Shown: one piece after another, positions 52,723 through 62,643 of the stretch
How the letters are laid out: every line of letters begins with the position of its first letter
Numbering within the stretch: position 1 is the first letter of the stretch
IMG/VR virus record: IMGVR_UViG_3300042453_004886
Location: 96,001 to 160,000 of that record
Direction: 5' to 3' (one strand)
DNA length: 64,000 bases
Origin: a virus
Translations under genes and position numbers: made by a program
The notes under the pieces: model-generated
Told to the model about the DNA's origin: nothing
Databases searched by the model: none
What the model saw: only the letters and a program-made list of their open reading frames with translations

Positions 52723-55467
52723 ATGTCAGAAACAACAAACTTCAATCTGAGTAAACCAGCACAGGGTGCTCTTGATTGGGACACTGACCTTAACGCTAAC
52801 TTTGACATCATTGATTCTGAGATCAAAGAAGCTCAAACTCTAACCAGTAGCAAAATTACAACTGCTCTTGGTTTTACGCCTCAGAACGTGACTCAAAAAG
52901 GCGTAGCCGATGGCTACGCATCTCTGAATGCAACAGGTAAAGTTCCTCTTACTCAGATTGCTCTGAACAGCTCAGCAATCAACACCGCACTTGGTTTTAC
53001 TACACAAAACCCAGCGTCTAAAGATGCAGCTAACGGCTATGCAGGACTTGACGGAAACGGGAAGATTCTTTCCTCAAAGATTTCTTTAACATCAGGTACA
53101 ATCACCACTGCTTTGAACTTTACTCCAGAAAGTATGTCCAACAAAGGTCAAGCGGGTGGATATGCATCTCTTGATTCAAACGGTAAAGTACCTTCAAACC
53201 AAGTTGCCCTGACTGAACAACAAGTCTTGGACGCAGTAGGCTACACCCCAGAAAGCGTAGATAATAAAAATGCTGCCAACGGCTACCCCTCACTGGATAG
53301 CAACAGCAAAGTAGCGTCAAACCAGATTTCCCTGACAAGCTCCAAGATTACAACAGCACTCGGATTTACACCGGAAAACATCAACAACAAAGGTGCAAAC
53401 AGCGGGTATGCAAGTCTCGACGGGACAGGCAAGATTCCTCTGAGTCAGCATCCTTCTCTTTCTCTTAGCTCACTATCTGGCGTTAGCTTATCTTCACCGT
53501 CCTCAAATCAAATCCTTCAGTACAATGGAACAAACTGGGTTAACGCTTCAGTTTCTTCTGGAGTGACTTCTCTCGCGGCAATGGGAGATGTTCAGCTTGG
53601 TAGCTTATCAAACGGTGAAGTGCTTCAGTACAACGGTACAAAGTGGGTAGATGCAGCTCTTTCAGAGCGTTGCACAGTTCCTGTCAGACAGACTGTGCTT
53701 ACAGGGTCTGTAGCAGCTTCTACTGGTACAGCTAACTTCCTGAGTGCTGGAAATAAAACACCTACTCAATATATTGTTGAAGTCTACAACAACCTTGCAT
53801 CAGATGGAGCCACAATTACCGAGCTAAGGGCTTACAATCAAAACGACACAGAAATTACTTATACAGTTACAAGTAGTGATGCTTACGACAGCAAAAGAAA
53901 CGGTGTTCCAGAATACTGGAATCAATCTATATGGAGCAAATCTAATTTAAACGATAATGATATGACTTATACAAGCAACAGCACCGGAAGTCCAAGCTCG
54001 GCTCTATTTATATACAATCAAGGTTCTATAACGGCAAATACTGGTGGTTGGGCAAGATTTTTAATTACACTTTCATCGTCTAACTACGACACCATTACGT
54101 TTAAAATTTGGGCGGGTTCTTCTGAAAATAGAATCCCAGAAAAGATTACTATTTACGCAGTTACTGGAACCTACAGCCTTGCAACCCACGTTCAAACAAG
54201 AAGCGTAGTTGGATTGACTGAAGCAGGTAGTAGAACTTTAACACTTAGCAATACAACTGTAACTCAAACTTCCCATAGCTATACACCAAATCCTTCTGTT
54301 AATTTAGCTGCTTCTTCAACAAACGTGTCTGTTGCTTTTGCAAATGGTTTTGATGCTTACGGTGCGGTCGACTACGTAAGCGTAATTAATGCAGACGTTT
54401 CTCCTGCAGTTGCTGGTCTAAAAGGAGGACTTACAAATTACATTTATGTAGATAGAAACCCATCGACTGGAGCATTAACTTATGGATCTACTACCGTAAA
54501 ACCTATTTATGAGCAAATTGATCCTTCAGCCGGTACATATGGCTCTATCCAATATATGCTGCTTTCTAATATGACCGCAGATAATTTTCCATCTCCTTAC
54601 GTAGCTAGCTCAAGTAGCGTTTGGTCTTCTTCTTATGCAGCTTATAAAGCATTTGATGGAAACTTAGGTACTAACTTTGTGTTTGCAAGCGGACAAAAGA
54701 CTGGGTGGTTGAAAATTGATCTTGGTTCTGGAAATCAGTTTGTAGCAAAATCTTACGCCTACACGGGATCAAATACAGCTAGCAACAGTGGAAAAACATG
54801 GACTTTCCAAGCATCTAACGATGGAGACAACTGGACAACAATTGACACCAAAACAAATCAAAGCTGGACAAGCGGTGAAAGAAAATACATCACAGTTTCT
54901 AATTCGACTGCTTACAGATACTATCGTTTAGATATTACTGCTAACAATGGCGGCACTGAGTGTCAAGTTAACGAATTCCAGATTTATGGAATTCCAAATA
55001 ACCAGCACTGGTTTGACTTGAATACCATGACGATGAAAGTCTGGAACGGCACCAGCTGGGAAACTAAACAGAGAGTATTTATTGGAGAAGCAGACACCTC
55101 TGGAAACGTGACAACTTATGCACTTCAAGGTAAGTATGAGTCAGAGGTAATTAGCATAGCAGCTGCCTCAACCTATACAAGATCTCACAACATTGGAACA
55201 GAACTAGTCAGCACCGAAACCCTGATCAGGTATAATGCTAATTACAAGTGGACGGATGCTCAGATTCTCTATACAAGCCAATACTACGGGGTTAGAACAT
55301 TCCTAACTGACAGAAACAGAGTAAAGCTTGCAACGCCTTCCTCAAATATTTATTATGGCGGTGGAACAGTCAGCTCTTCTGAGTGGGGTTCTTGGTTAAC
55401 AGAGTCTTTCCCAGCTGGCTTACAGTCCACAGGACAAGCCAAAGTTCTTGTGAAGCGCAACTGGTAA
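52723..55467 (+). CDS. Tail fibre / receptor-binding protein 2
   Basis: Same N-terminal repeats, an extra inserted domain and a discoidin-like domain. Confidence 0.8.
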   Translation: MSETTNFNLSKPAQGALDWDTDLNANFDIIDSEIKEAQTLTSSKITTALGFTPQNVTQKGVADGYASLNATGKVPLTQIALNSSAINTALGFTTQNPASKDAANGYAGLDGNGKILSSKISLTSGTITTALNFTPESMSNKGQAGGYASLDSNGKVPSNQVALTEQQVLDAVGYTPESVDNKNAANGYPSLDSNSKVASNQISLTSSKITTALGFTPENINNKGANSGYASLDGTGKIPLSQHPSLSLSSLSGVSLSSPSSNQILQYNGTNWVNASVSSGVTSLAAMGDVQLGSLSNGEVLQYNGTKWVDAALSERCTVPVRQTVLTGSVAASTGTANFLSAGNKTPTQYIVEVYNNLASDGATITELRAYNQNDTEITYTVTSSDAYDSKRNGVPEYWNQSIWSKSNLNDNDMTYTSNSTGSPSSALFIYNQGSITANTGGWARFLITLSSSNYDTITFKIWAGSSENRIPEKITIYAVTGTYSLATHVQTRSVVGLTEAGSRTLTLSNTTVTQTSHSYTPNPSVNLAASSTNVSVAFANGFDAYGAVDYVSVINADVSPAVAGLKGGLTNYIYVDRNPSTGALTYGSTTVKPIYEQIDPSAGTYGSIQYMLLSNMTADNFPSPYVASSSSVWSSSYAAYKAFDGNLGTNFVFASGQKTGWLKIDLGSGNQFVAKSYAYTGSNTASNSGKTWTFQASNDGDNWTTIDTKTNQSWTSGERKYITVSNSTAYRYYRLDITANNGGTECQVNEFQIYGIPNNQHWFDLNTMTMKVWNGTSWETKQRVFIGEADTSGNVTTYALQGKYESEVISIAAASTYTRSHNIGTELVSTETLIRYNANYKWTDAQILYTSQYYGVRTFLTDRNRVKLATPSSNIYYGGGTVSSSEWGSWLTESFPAGLQSTGQAKVLVKRNW

Positions 55468-55480
55468 TTGGAGTAAATAA

Positions 55481-58192
55481 ATGTCAGACACAACTAACTT
55501 CAACCTGAGCAAGCCAGCAGAAGGTGCTTTAGACTGGGATGTTGATCTCAATAACAACTTTGACATTATTGATGAAGAAATAAAGAACGCTCAGACCCTG
55601 ACAAATGCCAAAATTACCACAGCGCTAGGTTTTACCCCCGAAGATTCCTCCAAGGGTGGTGTAGCGGACGGATTTGCAACTCTGAATGCTGCTGGCAAGG
55701 TTCCTGTTACTCAAATTGCTATCAATAGCGCAACTGTTACAGATGCTCTTGGGTATACTCCTGAAGACGCTGCAAACAAAGACGCAGCAGGTGGCTACTC
55801 AAGCCTTAATTCTTCGGGTAAAGTTCCTTCGGCAAATCTTGCTATTACCGACCAGATTATTGCAGAATCTTTAGGGTTTGTTCCAGAAAATCCTACAAAC
55901 AAAGGCGTTGGTCTAGAATCAAGCCAGACTCAAGCTGCTGTTCCTGAAATGACTTCAGCAACTTCTGGAGATATTACGATTTCGGGTTCTGGTTGGGTAA
56001 ACTCAGTTTGGGCAAGTGGCGGATCAGCTTATCCGTGGTCATTTTTTAACGCATCCGTAGGAAACCCGCATACCCCTGGTTCAGGCGGTGGAAGCGGTTC
56101 TTCTGCTTCTGTTACAGTAGACTTTGGATCTGGAAACTTAGAAAGAATTGTTAGTTACAGGGTTGGATTTAATAGCGTTTACTGTAGCTCAGCAAATATT
56201 TCAGGCTCTAACGATCAAAGTTCTTGGACTTTACTAAATAGTTCATCTGGTTCTTCCCCAACTACTATTAGCTTTATTAATTTAAATAGCTACCGTTACT
56301 ACAAAATTACTTTATATTCAGGTGGTTATAGTCCTCTACTTCCTGGAGATTTACAGCTTTACCGGCACGTAGACAGCGGTTATGTAAGTCTTGATGCAAA
56401 CGGTAAGGTAAGCAGCACTCAGATCTCTTTAAATAGCTCTCATATTTCTGATGCGCTTGGATTTGATTCTGAAAATGCAAACAACAGAGGCGCGGTAAAT
56501 GGCTACGCTTCTTTGGATAGCAATGGAAAGATTCCTACAGCTCAAATCAGTCTTTCTGAAAGTAATGTAACAAACGGACTGACTTTTATACCTCAGAATC
56601 CCAGTGCTAAAGACGCTGCAAACGGATACGTAGGGTTAGACGTAACCGGAAAAGTCTCTAGTTCCAAACTCGTATACAATTTCTCAAAGATCTCAAATCT
56701 TTCTATCTCAGCACCTTTGACTGGACAGACACTTCAGTATAACGGAACAAGTTGGGTAAACGGAGCAGTTCCTTCCGGCTCATCTACACTTGCTGGTGGC
56801 CTTTCAGACGTTTCAATTACTTCACCTTCAAGTGGACAAATTCTTAAGCACAACGGAACTGCTTTTACAAATCAAACCGGGGGCTCAAGCCGAGTTACAG
56901 TTCCAGTAAGACAGACGGTTCTTAGCGGAGCTACTGAACGTTATTCAGGTGTAGCTAACTTTTTAGCAGCCGGTTCAGGGCTAAACGTAAACCTTTCCGC
57001 AACTTCAGTTCCCGTAAACATTGCTTTTGCTGCCGGAACAGATTCATCCGGAGCTGTAGACTACATCGGAACAATTAGCTCTGACGTGACAAATGCATGG
57101 ACTTTGCCTTCAAGCTCAACGTCTTACCTGTACGTTGAAAGGAACTCCTCAACGGGAGCTTTAACATACGGATCTACAACTGTTCGGCCTCAGTACCAGC
57201 AGTGGTTATACCTTGGTCCAGACTTGACAACAGGCGGAACAGCAACAGCTAGCTCTACCTACAGTGGATCTTGGCCCGCATCCGCAGCTTTTAGTGACAA
57301 TGGATATGGTGGCAGCTCCGGTACATCTTGGTTAGCAACAGATGGCACAGGATCCGGTTGGCTTCAATATCAGTTTGCGTCAGCACAAACTATTATCAAC
57401 TACACAATTTATGCAGATTCTACTAGAACTGATAACGCCCCTAAAAACTGGACTTTTGAAGCTTCAACTACAGGAGCAGCCGGTAGCTGGGTTGTATTAG
57501 ACACCCAAACAAATCAAACCGACTGGGCTACAACAAACGGAAGAAGCTACACTTTTTCAAATAGCACAGCTTATACATACTACAGAATTAACATTAGTGC
57601 TGTAAATAACACTGTTGCTGGCGGAGCGCCAAGTAATCGCATGGGCATTGGTGAAATGGAGATGCGCGGTTTTGCTGCAAATGTCCAGCACTGGTTTGAT
57701 CTGAGCACCATGACCATGAAGCTCTGGAATGGGTCTTCTTGGGATACCAAACAGCGGGTGTTTGTCGGTGAAGCTGTAACAAATGCTTCAGCAGTCACTT
57801 CTGTTACTGCTTATGCACTAAAAGGTTACTTTGAATCGGAAGCTTTCCATGTAAGTAAAAATACGTCTGGATCAAGCGTTTATAATATTGCACACAACAT
57901 TGGGGTTGATCCCACTTTTTACTCAACCCTGCTTCGATACAACAGTGACTACAAGTGGACTGAAGTAACTCAATTCTCCGATGGGTCAGGATACGCTAAT
58001 CCAAGAAGTTTCTTAGATTACAAAACCATTAAAGTAGTGCCTCCATACCACTACATTTACATTGCTTCAACTCTTACCGGTGCCCAGTCTCGTCCAAACC
58101 TTGGAATTGATTCTTTCCCAAGCACAACAGATGCGGCTCCAACCTATCACACCGCAGGTGAATGCAAAGTTGTAGTCAGTAGAGGCTGGTAA
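55481..58192 (+). CDS. Tail fibre / receptor-binding protein 3
   Basis: Same repeats, with two discoidin-like insertions. Confidence 0.8.
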   Translation: MSDTTNFNLSKPAEGALDWDVDLNNNFDIIDEEIKNAQTLTNAKITTALGFTPEDSSKGGVADGFATLNAAGKVPVTQIAINSATVTDALGYTPEDAANKDAAGGYSSLNSSGKVPSANLAITDQIIAESLGFVPENPTNKGVGLESSQTQAAVPEMTSATSGDITISGSGWVNSVWASGGSAYPWSFFNASVGNPHTPGSGGGSGSSASVTVDFGSGNLERIVSYRVGFNSVYCSSANISGSNDQSSWTLLNSSSGSSPTTISFINLNSYRYYKITLYSGGYSPLLPGDLQLYRHVDSGYVSLDANGKVSSTQISLNSSHISDALGFDSENANNRGAVNGYASLDSNGKIPTAQISLSESNVTNGLTFIPQNPSAKDAANGYVGLDVTGKVSSSKLVYNFSKISNLSISAPLTGQTLQYNGTSWVNGAVPSGSSTLAGGLSDVSITSPSSGQILKHNGTAFTNQTGGSSRVTVPVRQTVLSGATERYSGVANFLAAGSGLNVNLSATSVPVNIAFAAGTDSSGAVDYIGTISSDVTNAWTLPSSSTSYLYVERNSSTGALTYGSTTVRPQYQQWLYLGPDLTTGGTATASSTYSGSWPASAAFSDNGYGGSSGTSWLATDGTGSGWLQYQFASAQTIINYTIYADSTRTDNAPKNWTFEASTTGAAGSWVVLDTQTNQTDWATTNGRSYTFSNSTAYTYYRINISAVNNTVAGGAPSNRMGIGEMEMRGFAANVQHWFDLSTMTMKLWNGSSWDTKQRVFVGEAVTNASAVTSVTAYALKGYFESEAFHVSKNTSGSSVYNIAHNIGVDPTFYSTLLRYNSDYKWTEVTQFSDGSGYANPRSFLDYKTIKVVPPYHYIYIASTLTGAQSRPNLGIDSFPSTTDAAPTYHTAGECKVVVSRGW

Positions 58193-58206
58193 CTTAAAAA
58201 GCTTAC

Positions 58207-58240
58207 AGCAGCGCTGCCGAATCGGCAGCGCTGCTTTTGC
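58207..58240 (+). terminator. Intrinsic terminator
   Basis: GCAGCGCTGCCGA-A-TCGGCAGCGCTGC followed by TTTT. Confidence 0.65.
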
Positions 58241-58319
58241 ATGCTTAATTAGTTGATTTTATTCCTAGATAGGTATAAGATAAGACCACTTGCCTGTATT
58301 TTACAAAGTAGGTGACTAG

Positions 58320-59144
58320 ATGGATATCGACCTATCTCCTCCTGAAGGTGTTCGCTCTGCTTTAAGGCGTGGCCTTGAACTTCATGAAGAAGGTCACAGC
58401 GGTGACGGGCTTCAGTCAGAAACAGTGGCTTGGGCAAGAAAAATGGCCAGCGGAACTGCTGCTTCTGTTGATAAAATCAAGAAGATGAATGCTTGGCATG
58501 CAAGACATGCCGTTGACAAAAAGCCGGGCTGGGAAAGTCCACCTACTCCAGGCTACGTGGCTTTTTTGCTTTGGGGTGGTGCCGCAGGCCGATCCTGGGC
58601 AAAGTCTAAAGTCGAAGAGATTGAGCGTAAAGAAAAGCTTTCGAGTAACTATATGCCACTGAGTTATTTTGGTGACGTAGATGTAGATTCAGTTGAGGGT
58701 CAAATTGATATCCTGAATCGTCTACACGCAGATGAGATTCGTGCAGCCATGCAGTATGCCAACCATGAAGTAGCTTTCAAAGGACCTAATTGCCTCTCTG
58801 TTCAAGCCATGTTTGCTGAGCATTACGAAGAAGAGTTGAAGCACGCTGAAAAGCTCAGAAAGCTCATTGACTGGCTTGGCGGTAACATTGAGAACGGCCT
58901 TGAGATGATGGCTACAATCGGTCCTGGAGCCCCTAGAGGGCTTGGTGATGTGCTTGTATCGAACAACAACACCACCATGCTTCAACAAGACCTTGTAGGC
59001 GAGCAGGGAGCAATTGAAGCTTACACAGAAGCTATCAGCATTTTCCAGAATCGAAACTACATGGTGGCGCTCACGCTTACAGAAATTCTAAGAGATGAGT
59101 GGGAACACCAGCGAGAGCTCCGAGATCTTCTAAACATCAACTAA
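58320..59144 (+). CDS. Phage head-associated domain fused to a ferritin/bacterioferritin-like domain
   Basis: N-terminus PPEGVRSALRRGL...AWHARH...AFLLWGG.AG.SWA; C-terminus E.RAAMQY...EEELKHAE...E..AI.AY...DE..H ferroxidase pattern. Confidence 0.7.
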   Translation: MDIDLSPPEGVRSALRRGLELHEEGHSGDGLQSETVAWARKMASGTAASVDKIKKMNAWHARHAVDKKPGWESPPTPGYVAFLLWGGAAGRSWAKSKVEEIERKEKLSSNYMPLSYFGDVDVDSVEGQIDILNRLHADEIRAAMQYANHEVAFKGPNCLSVQAMFAEHYEEELKHAEKLRKLIDWLGGNIENGLEMMATIGPGAPRGLGDVLVSNNNTTMLQQDLVGEQGAIEAYTEAISIFQNRNYMVALTLTEILRDEWEHQRELRDLLNIN

Positions 59145-59614
59145 TGCTTAGTTGTAAAAACTGCTTCAACCTGATGGATAGAAGTTCGTGCTTTAACTGC
59201 TATCCTCTATCTAGAAAAACTAATTTTTGCATCATGATGTCAGATGACAGCAAAAATTTAATTAACCTAGCTTTCAGCAGTGATTTATTTTATATCATTG
59301 ACAACATAGCGGAGTATCAAAAAAACAGTAAACTAATATGGAAAGTATTAGGTTACATACTGGAAGTTCCCGAGCATCTTACTTTTGATGATATAAAGCA
59401 CAGGATAAAAATTGACCCTGTAGTAAAAAACTTATTTGCAAACAAGGAAAGACAAAAACCTTACTATATTAACTGGAAGTCACCCGGTTATTTTTTACAG
59501 AATCCTGCTTTGATAGAATTTTCTTTTGAGTTACACGAAAGTCCTGAGCTTAAAAATTTACTGGATAAAGCTAAATTGATATCAAAATTCCAGTCTTCGT
59601 TGAGTCCGAGGTGA
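59144..59614 (+). CDS. Hypothetical protein
   Basis: TAATG coupling; N-terminal CxxC...CxxC. Confidence 0.5.
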   Translation: MLSCKNCFNLMDRSSCFNCYPLSRKTNFCIMMSDDSKNLINLAFSSDLFYIIDNIAEYQKNSKLIWKVLGYILEVPEHLTFDDIKHRIKIDPVVKNLFANKERQKPYYINWKSPGYFLQNPALIEFSFELHESPELKNLLDKAKLISKFQSSLSPR

Positions 59615-59617
59615 ACC

Positions 59618-60247
59618 GTGGCAAAATACAGAATATGTATCAGTTCAGGGTGCCCAAGAAACCTCAGGCCTTACAACACGGCTATCACCAAGACTTATCA
59701 GTATTGTCCTTTTTGTCAGTCAACCAATGTTCACATTTATCATAAACCGATTCCTGACTACACGGTCTACACCGATGGCTCGTGTCTGAACAACGTAACA
59801 GGTGGTGCAGGTGGCTGGGCAGCTGTTATCATCAAGGGGTTTGAGTACGACAAGCCTCTGGAAATTGATGAGGAAAGGCTGATCAAGGTTGTTCAAGGTG
59901 GAGCTGACTTTACTACAAACAACCGTATGGAAATTCAGGGAATATTAGAAGTTCTTGAAAAAGAATTTCCTGAATACTCCAAGATTGAATTTGTTTCAGA
60001 TAGTCAGTACACCATCAATGGCTTCAGCACCTGGATTCATAGTTGGAATGAAAAGCAGTGGTCCAGACCCGACGGTAAAGAAGTAAAAAATCAGGACATG
60101 TGGAAAAAGGCTTTTGAGTTGATTAAAAATCACAAACATGATACCTATTTCAGATGGGTCAAGGGGCACTCAAATAATCCTTACAATTGTTTAGCTGACC
60201 GTATTGCGGGTCAAACTGCAAAAACGTTTTTGAAAGAAAAGGCCTAA
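59618..60247 (+). CDS. rnhA: Ribonuclease HI with N-terminal Zn-finger
   Basis: YTDGSC; TNNRMEI; SDSQY; VKNQDMW; WVKGHS..PYN..AD. Confidence 0.92.
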   Translation: MAKYRICISSGCPRNLRPYNTAITKTYQYCPFCQSTNVHIYHKPIPDYTVYTDGSCLNNVTGGAGGWAAVIIKGFEYDKPLEIDEERLIKVVQGGADFTTNNRMEIQGILEVLEKEFPEYSKIEFVSDSQYTINGFSTWIHSWNEKQWSRPDGKEVKNQDMWKKAFELIKNHKHDTYFRWVKGHSNNPYNCLADRIAGQTAKTFLKEKA

Positions 60248-60248
60248 C

Positions 60249-60458
60249 ATGGAATCTTTTATTATTCCTCTTATCCAAATGTTTGTAGCAATGCTTGTGT
60301 TTGGACTTTCTATTTTTCTTTATAATAGCTTTGGCATGATTGGGTTTTTTGCAGCAGTATTTGCTTATTACGTTGCAACAAATCTTGAATTTGAAACATC
60401 CTACGAGGAAGATCTTGATTTAAATCAAGCCCTTTCTCAGTCTTTCAAGGAAGAATAA
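60249..60458 (+). CDS. Small membrane protein
   Basis: Two hydrophobic segments. Confidence 0.55.
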   Translation: MESFIIPLIQMFVAMLVFGLSIFLYNSFGMIGFFAAVFAYYVATNLEFETSYEEDLDLNQALSQSFKEE

Positions 60459-60651
60459 TTAAATAGGGGCGGCCCAATTGCCGCCCCTCTGCAATCCTTG
60501 GTAATCTCTTTCAGTGGGCCAGTGCGCACTGTCGTCCACCAAGAGCACCAAGTTGGTTCCAAGATAGCAAGAAACGAGTTCAAGCGTCAACAGGTTACTT
60601 TGTTTCGTTTGTCTAATATAATTGTGAATTAAGAACTAGAGGAGAACACAC

Positions 60652-61128
60652 ATGGCAGACGTATTTCAAGGCCCTTACGCGCACGCAGAGAATGCGCCGA
60701 TGTTTGTTCAAAAGTGCATCTGTCCCCTGTCTTGTCCGGAACACCCAGACGTTCCTTTGATTGATCCCGCTGAAGAATTGGCAAGGCAAGTAAATCAAAG
60801 TACAGAGCTTATTTCAAGCTACGTTACACCGCCTTCTATCATTCCCGTAGTCATCGAGAATGCAAAACAAATTCTTGAAGACAATCAAATTTCTATTCAA
60901 GAAATGGGCGAGTCAATCGCTGTAAGAACTGCAACGGGTTTGATTACTTTCTCCTACGAAGTTGCAAATGCGCTTTGTCAAGAAATTCTTTCATCTCGTA
61001 AAAGAATTGAATTGACACTTCCAGAAACTTTAGATACAACTATACAAACACTCAAACAAAGAGCTGGTCACGACATGGAACCGCTGATTGATATGATCGA
61101 AAAGCTTTTAAAGAACAAAAATGGTTAG
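60652..61128 (+). CDS. Hypothetical protein
   Basis: GAGGAG SD. Confidence 0.6.
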   Translation: MADVFQGPYAHAENAPMFVQKCICPLSCPEHPDVPLIDPAEELARQVNQSTELISSYVTPPSIIPVVIENAKQILEDNQISIQEMGESIAVRTATGLITFSYEVANALCQEILSSRKRIELTLPETLDTTIQTLKQRAGHDMEPLIDMIEKLLKNKNG

Positions 61129-62587
61129 GTATATAAGTGTTATTACTGACTATGAGTACTTGCTATGGCAGCAAGAACTACAGGTATTTAATTTCAAACT
61201 GCTCGAGATCTTAGATCAACTGACCGTTGTTGTTCTCAGAGATTCTGGAGTTCCACTCAGCGAGCACGCTAAGAAGCTTGCCGATCTGGTCGACGTTCAC
61301 TATTTCGTGAATGATCAGCCAGATCGTTCTTATATTCCCAGTAACAAACCTTGGGGATTGATGAAGCTTCTTGAAAAGCATCCCGAGTATGGCGAAGAAG
61401 TTTTCCTGCTTGACTCAGATGTCATTTTTAAAGAACGCCTGAATTTTAACAACATCAACCGTAGAAAAAACGACAAGACTTGGTATGTGTCCAACTGCGT
61501 AGGTTACCTTGGATACAGCTACTTGGTTGATCAGCTTGGAGAAGAGCTGGTCGATCAAATGGCTCAAGTTGTAGGACTAACTGGAGAGCGCCTGAAGAAA
61601 GAGCAACTAAACTCAGGCGGTGCTCAGTATTACATGAAAAACGTGACTGCTGACTTCTGTAAGCAAGTTGCTCTGGATTCAATCAATATTTATAACTGGT
61701 CTATTCAACACAAGAAACCCGACGGGTCTTACAAGATTCAAGTCTGGACCGCGGAGATGTGGTCATGGCTCTGGAATGCTTTTAAAGTTGCTGACGTTAA
61801 AGTTAGTTACGAAATGCGATTCTCTTGGGCACCTCACGACATAGAAGAGTGGTACTCGTGCAAGATGCTACACCTTGCAGGTGTTGTCGGAGAAGAGAAA
61901 AACAATTTCTACAAGGGAAAATACGCAAACAAAGCGCCTTGGGAAGTTGAAACTAACTTTCATCATGTAGATCGATCCAAGTGCTGGGGTCCCTATGTAG
62001 AGCTCATAGAAGCCTACAAAAGCCTTCCTACAAAGCGAGGAGTTGTCTGCTACCTTGACGATACGCCAGAGGCCGTAGAAAGCGCTACAAGGCTGTTTGA
62101 GAGCATCCTAAACTCTGGGCATCAGGATACAGACCTGATCCTGTTTGGCTCAATAAAAACTCTTTCAAATATGAGTAACCATCCAAGGTTAGCTAAGATT
62201 GTTACAAACCCAGAACCAGGGTCTGAAGTAGCACCCGAACTGAACTCATACGCATGCTTTAAAAACGACCACGGTGTTTTGTACAAATACAGCCACCTTT
62301 TAAAAACAAATGTGTCTACTGTAATCAAACAAAACTGGAAGGATTTCCTACCAGATAGGCTTGTAACTGGTCCAAAATCGTTTCCAGATTACACTTTTTA
62401 CGGACCTACATCTCAAGTTCTAGAAGTATGCCAAGCAGGTCTGAGGCACGCAAAAAGAGTTTTACACGACATGGAACACCGCGCTCCTTTTTATTCAGTT
62501 TATACAGAAATAGTAAATAGAATTCACTGGTTTGAAGAACGGTTAGAGGAAAAAGATTTACCTTGGGCTACTGCTAATCTTGTATAA
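61121..62587 (+). CDS. GT-A glycosyltransferase-like protein (two domains)
   Basis: NKPWGL, LLDSDVIF (DxD), GGAQYY, WTAEMWSWLW resemble Hyp/Ser O-glycosyltransferase families. Confidence 0.6.
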   Translation: MVRYISVITDYEYLLWQQELQVFNFKLLEILDQLTVVVLRDSGVPLSEHAKKLADLVDVHYFVNDQPDRSYIPSNKPWGLMKLLEKHPEYGEEVFLLDSDVIFKERLNFNNINRRKNDKTWYVSNCVGYLGYSYLVDQLGEELVDQMAQVVGLTGERLKKEQLNSGGAQYYMKNVTADFCKQVALDSINIYNWSIQHKKPDGSYKIQVWTAEMWSWLWNAFKVADVKVSYEMRFSWAPHDIEEWYSCKMLHLAGVVGEEKNNFYKGKYANKAPWEVETNFHHVDRSKCWGPYVELIEAYKSLPTKRGVVCYLDDTPEAVESATRLFESILNSGHQDTDLILFGSIKTLSNMSNHPRLAKIVTNPEPGSEVAPELNSYACFKNDHGVLYKYSHLLKTNVSTVIKQNWKDFLPDRLVTGPKSFPDYTFYGPTSQVLEVCQAGLRHAKRVLHDMEHRAPFYSVYTEIVNRIHWFEERLEEKDLPWATANLV

Positions 62588-62643
62588 TTCAGTTCATCAT
62601 GGTATTGTCTATAATTATATACGTATACCTTAGAGGATAAACC

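Noticed and set aside
50547-58192. Diversity-generating retroelement acting on the tail fibres
   Set aside because: No reverse transcriptase and no adenine-specific TR/VR pair are visible in this window.
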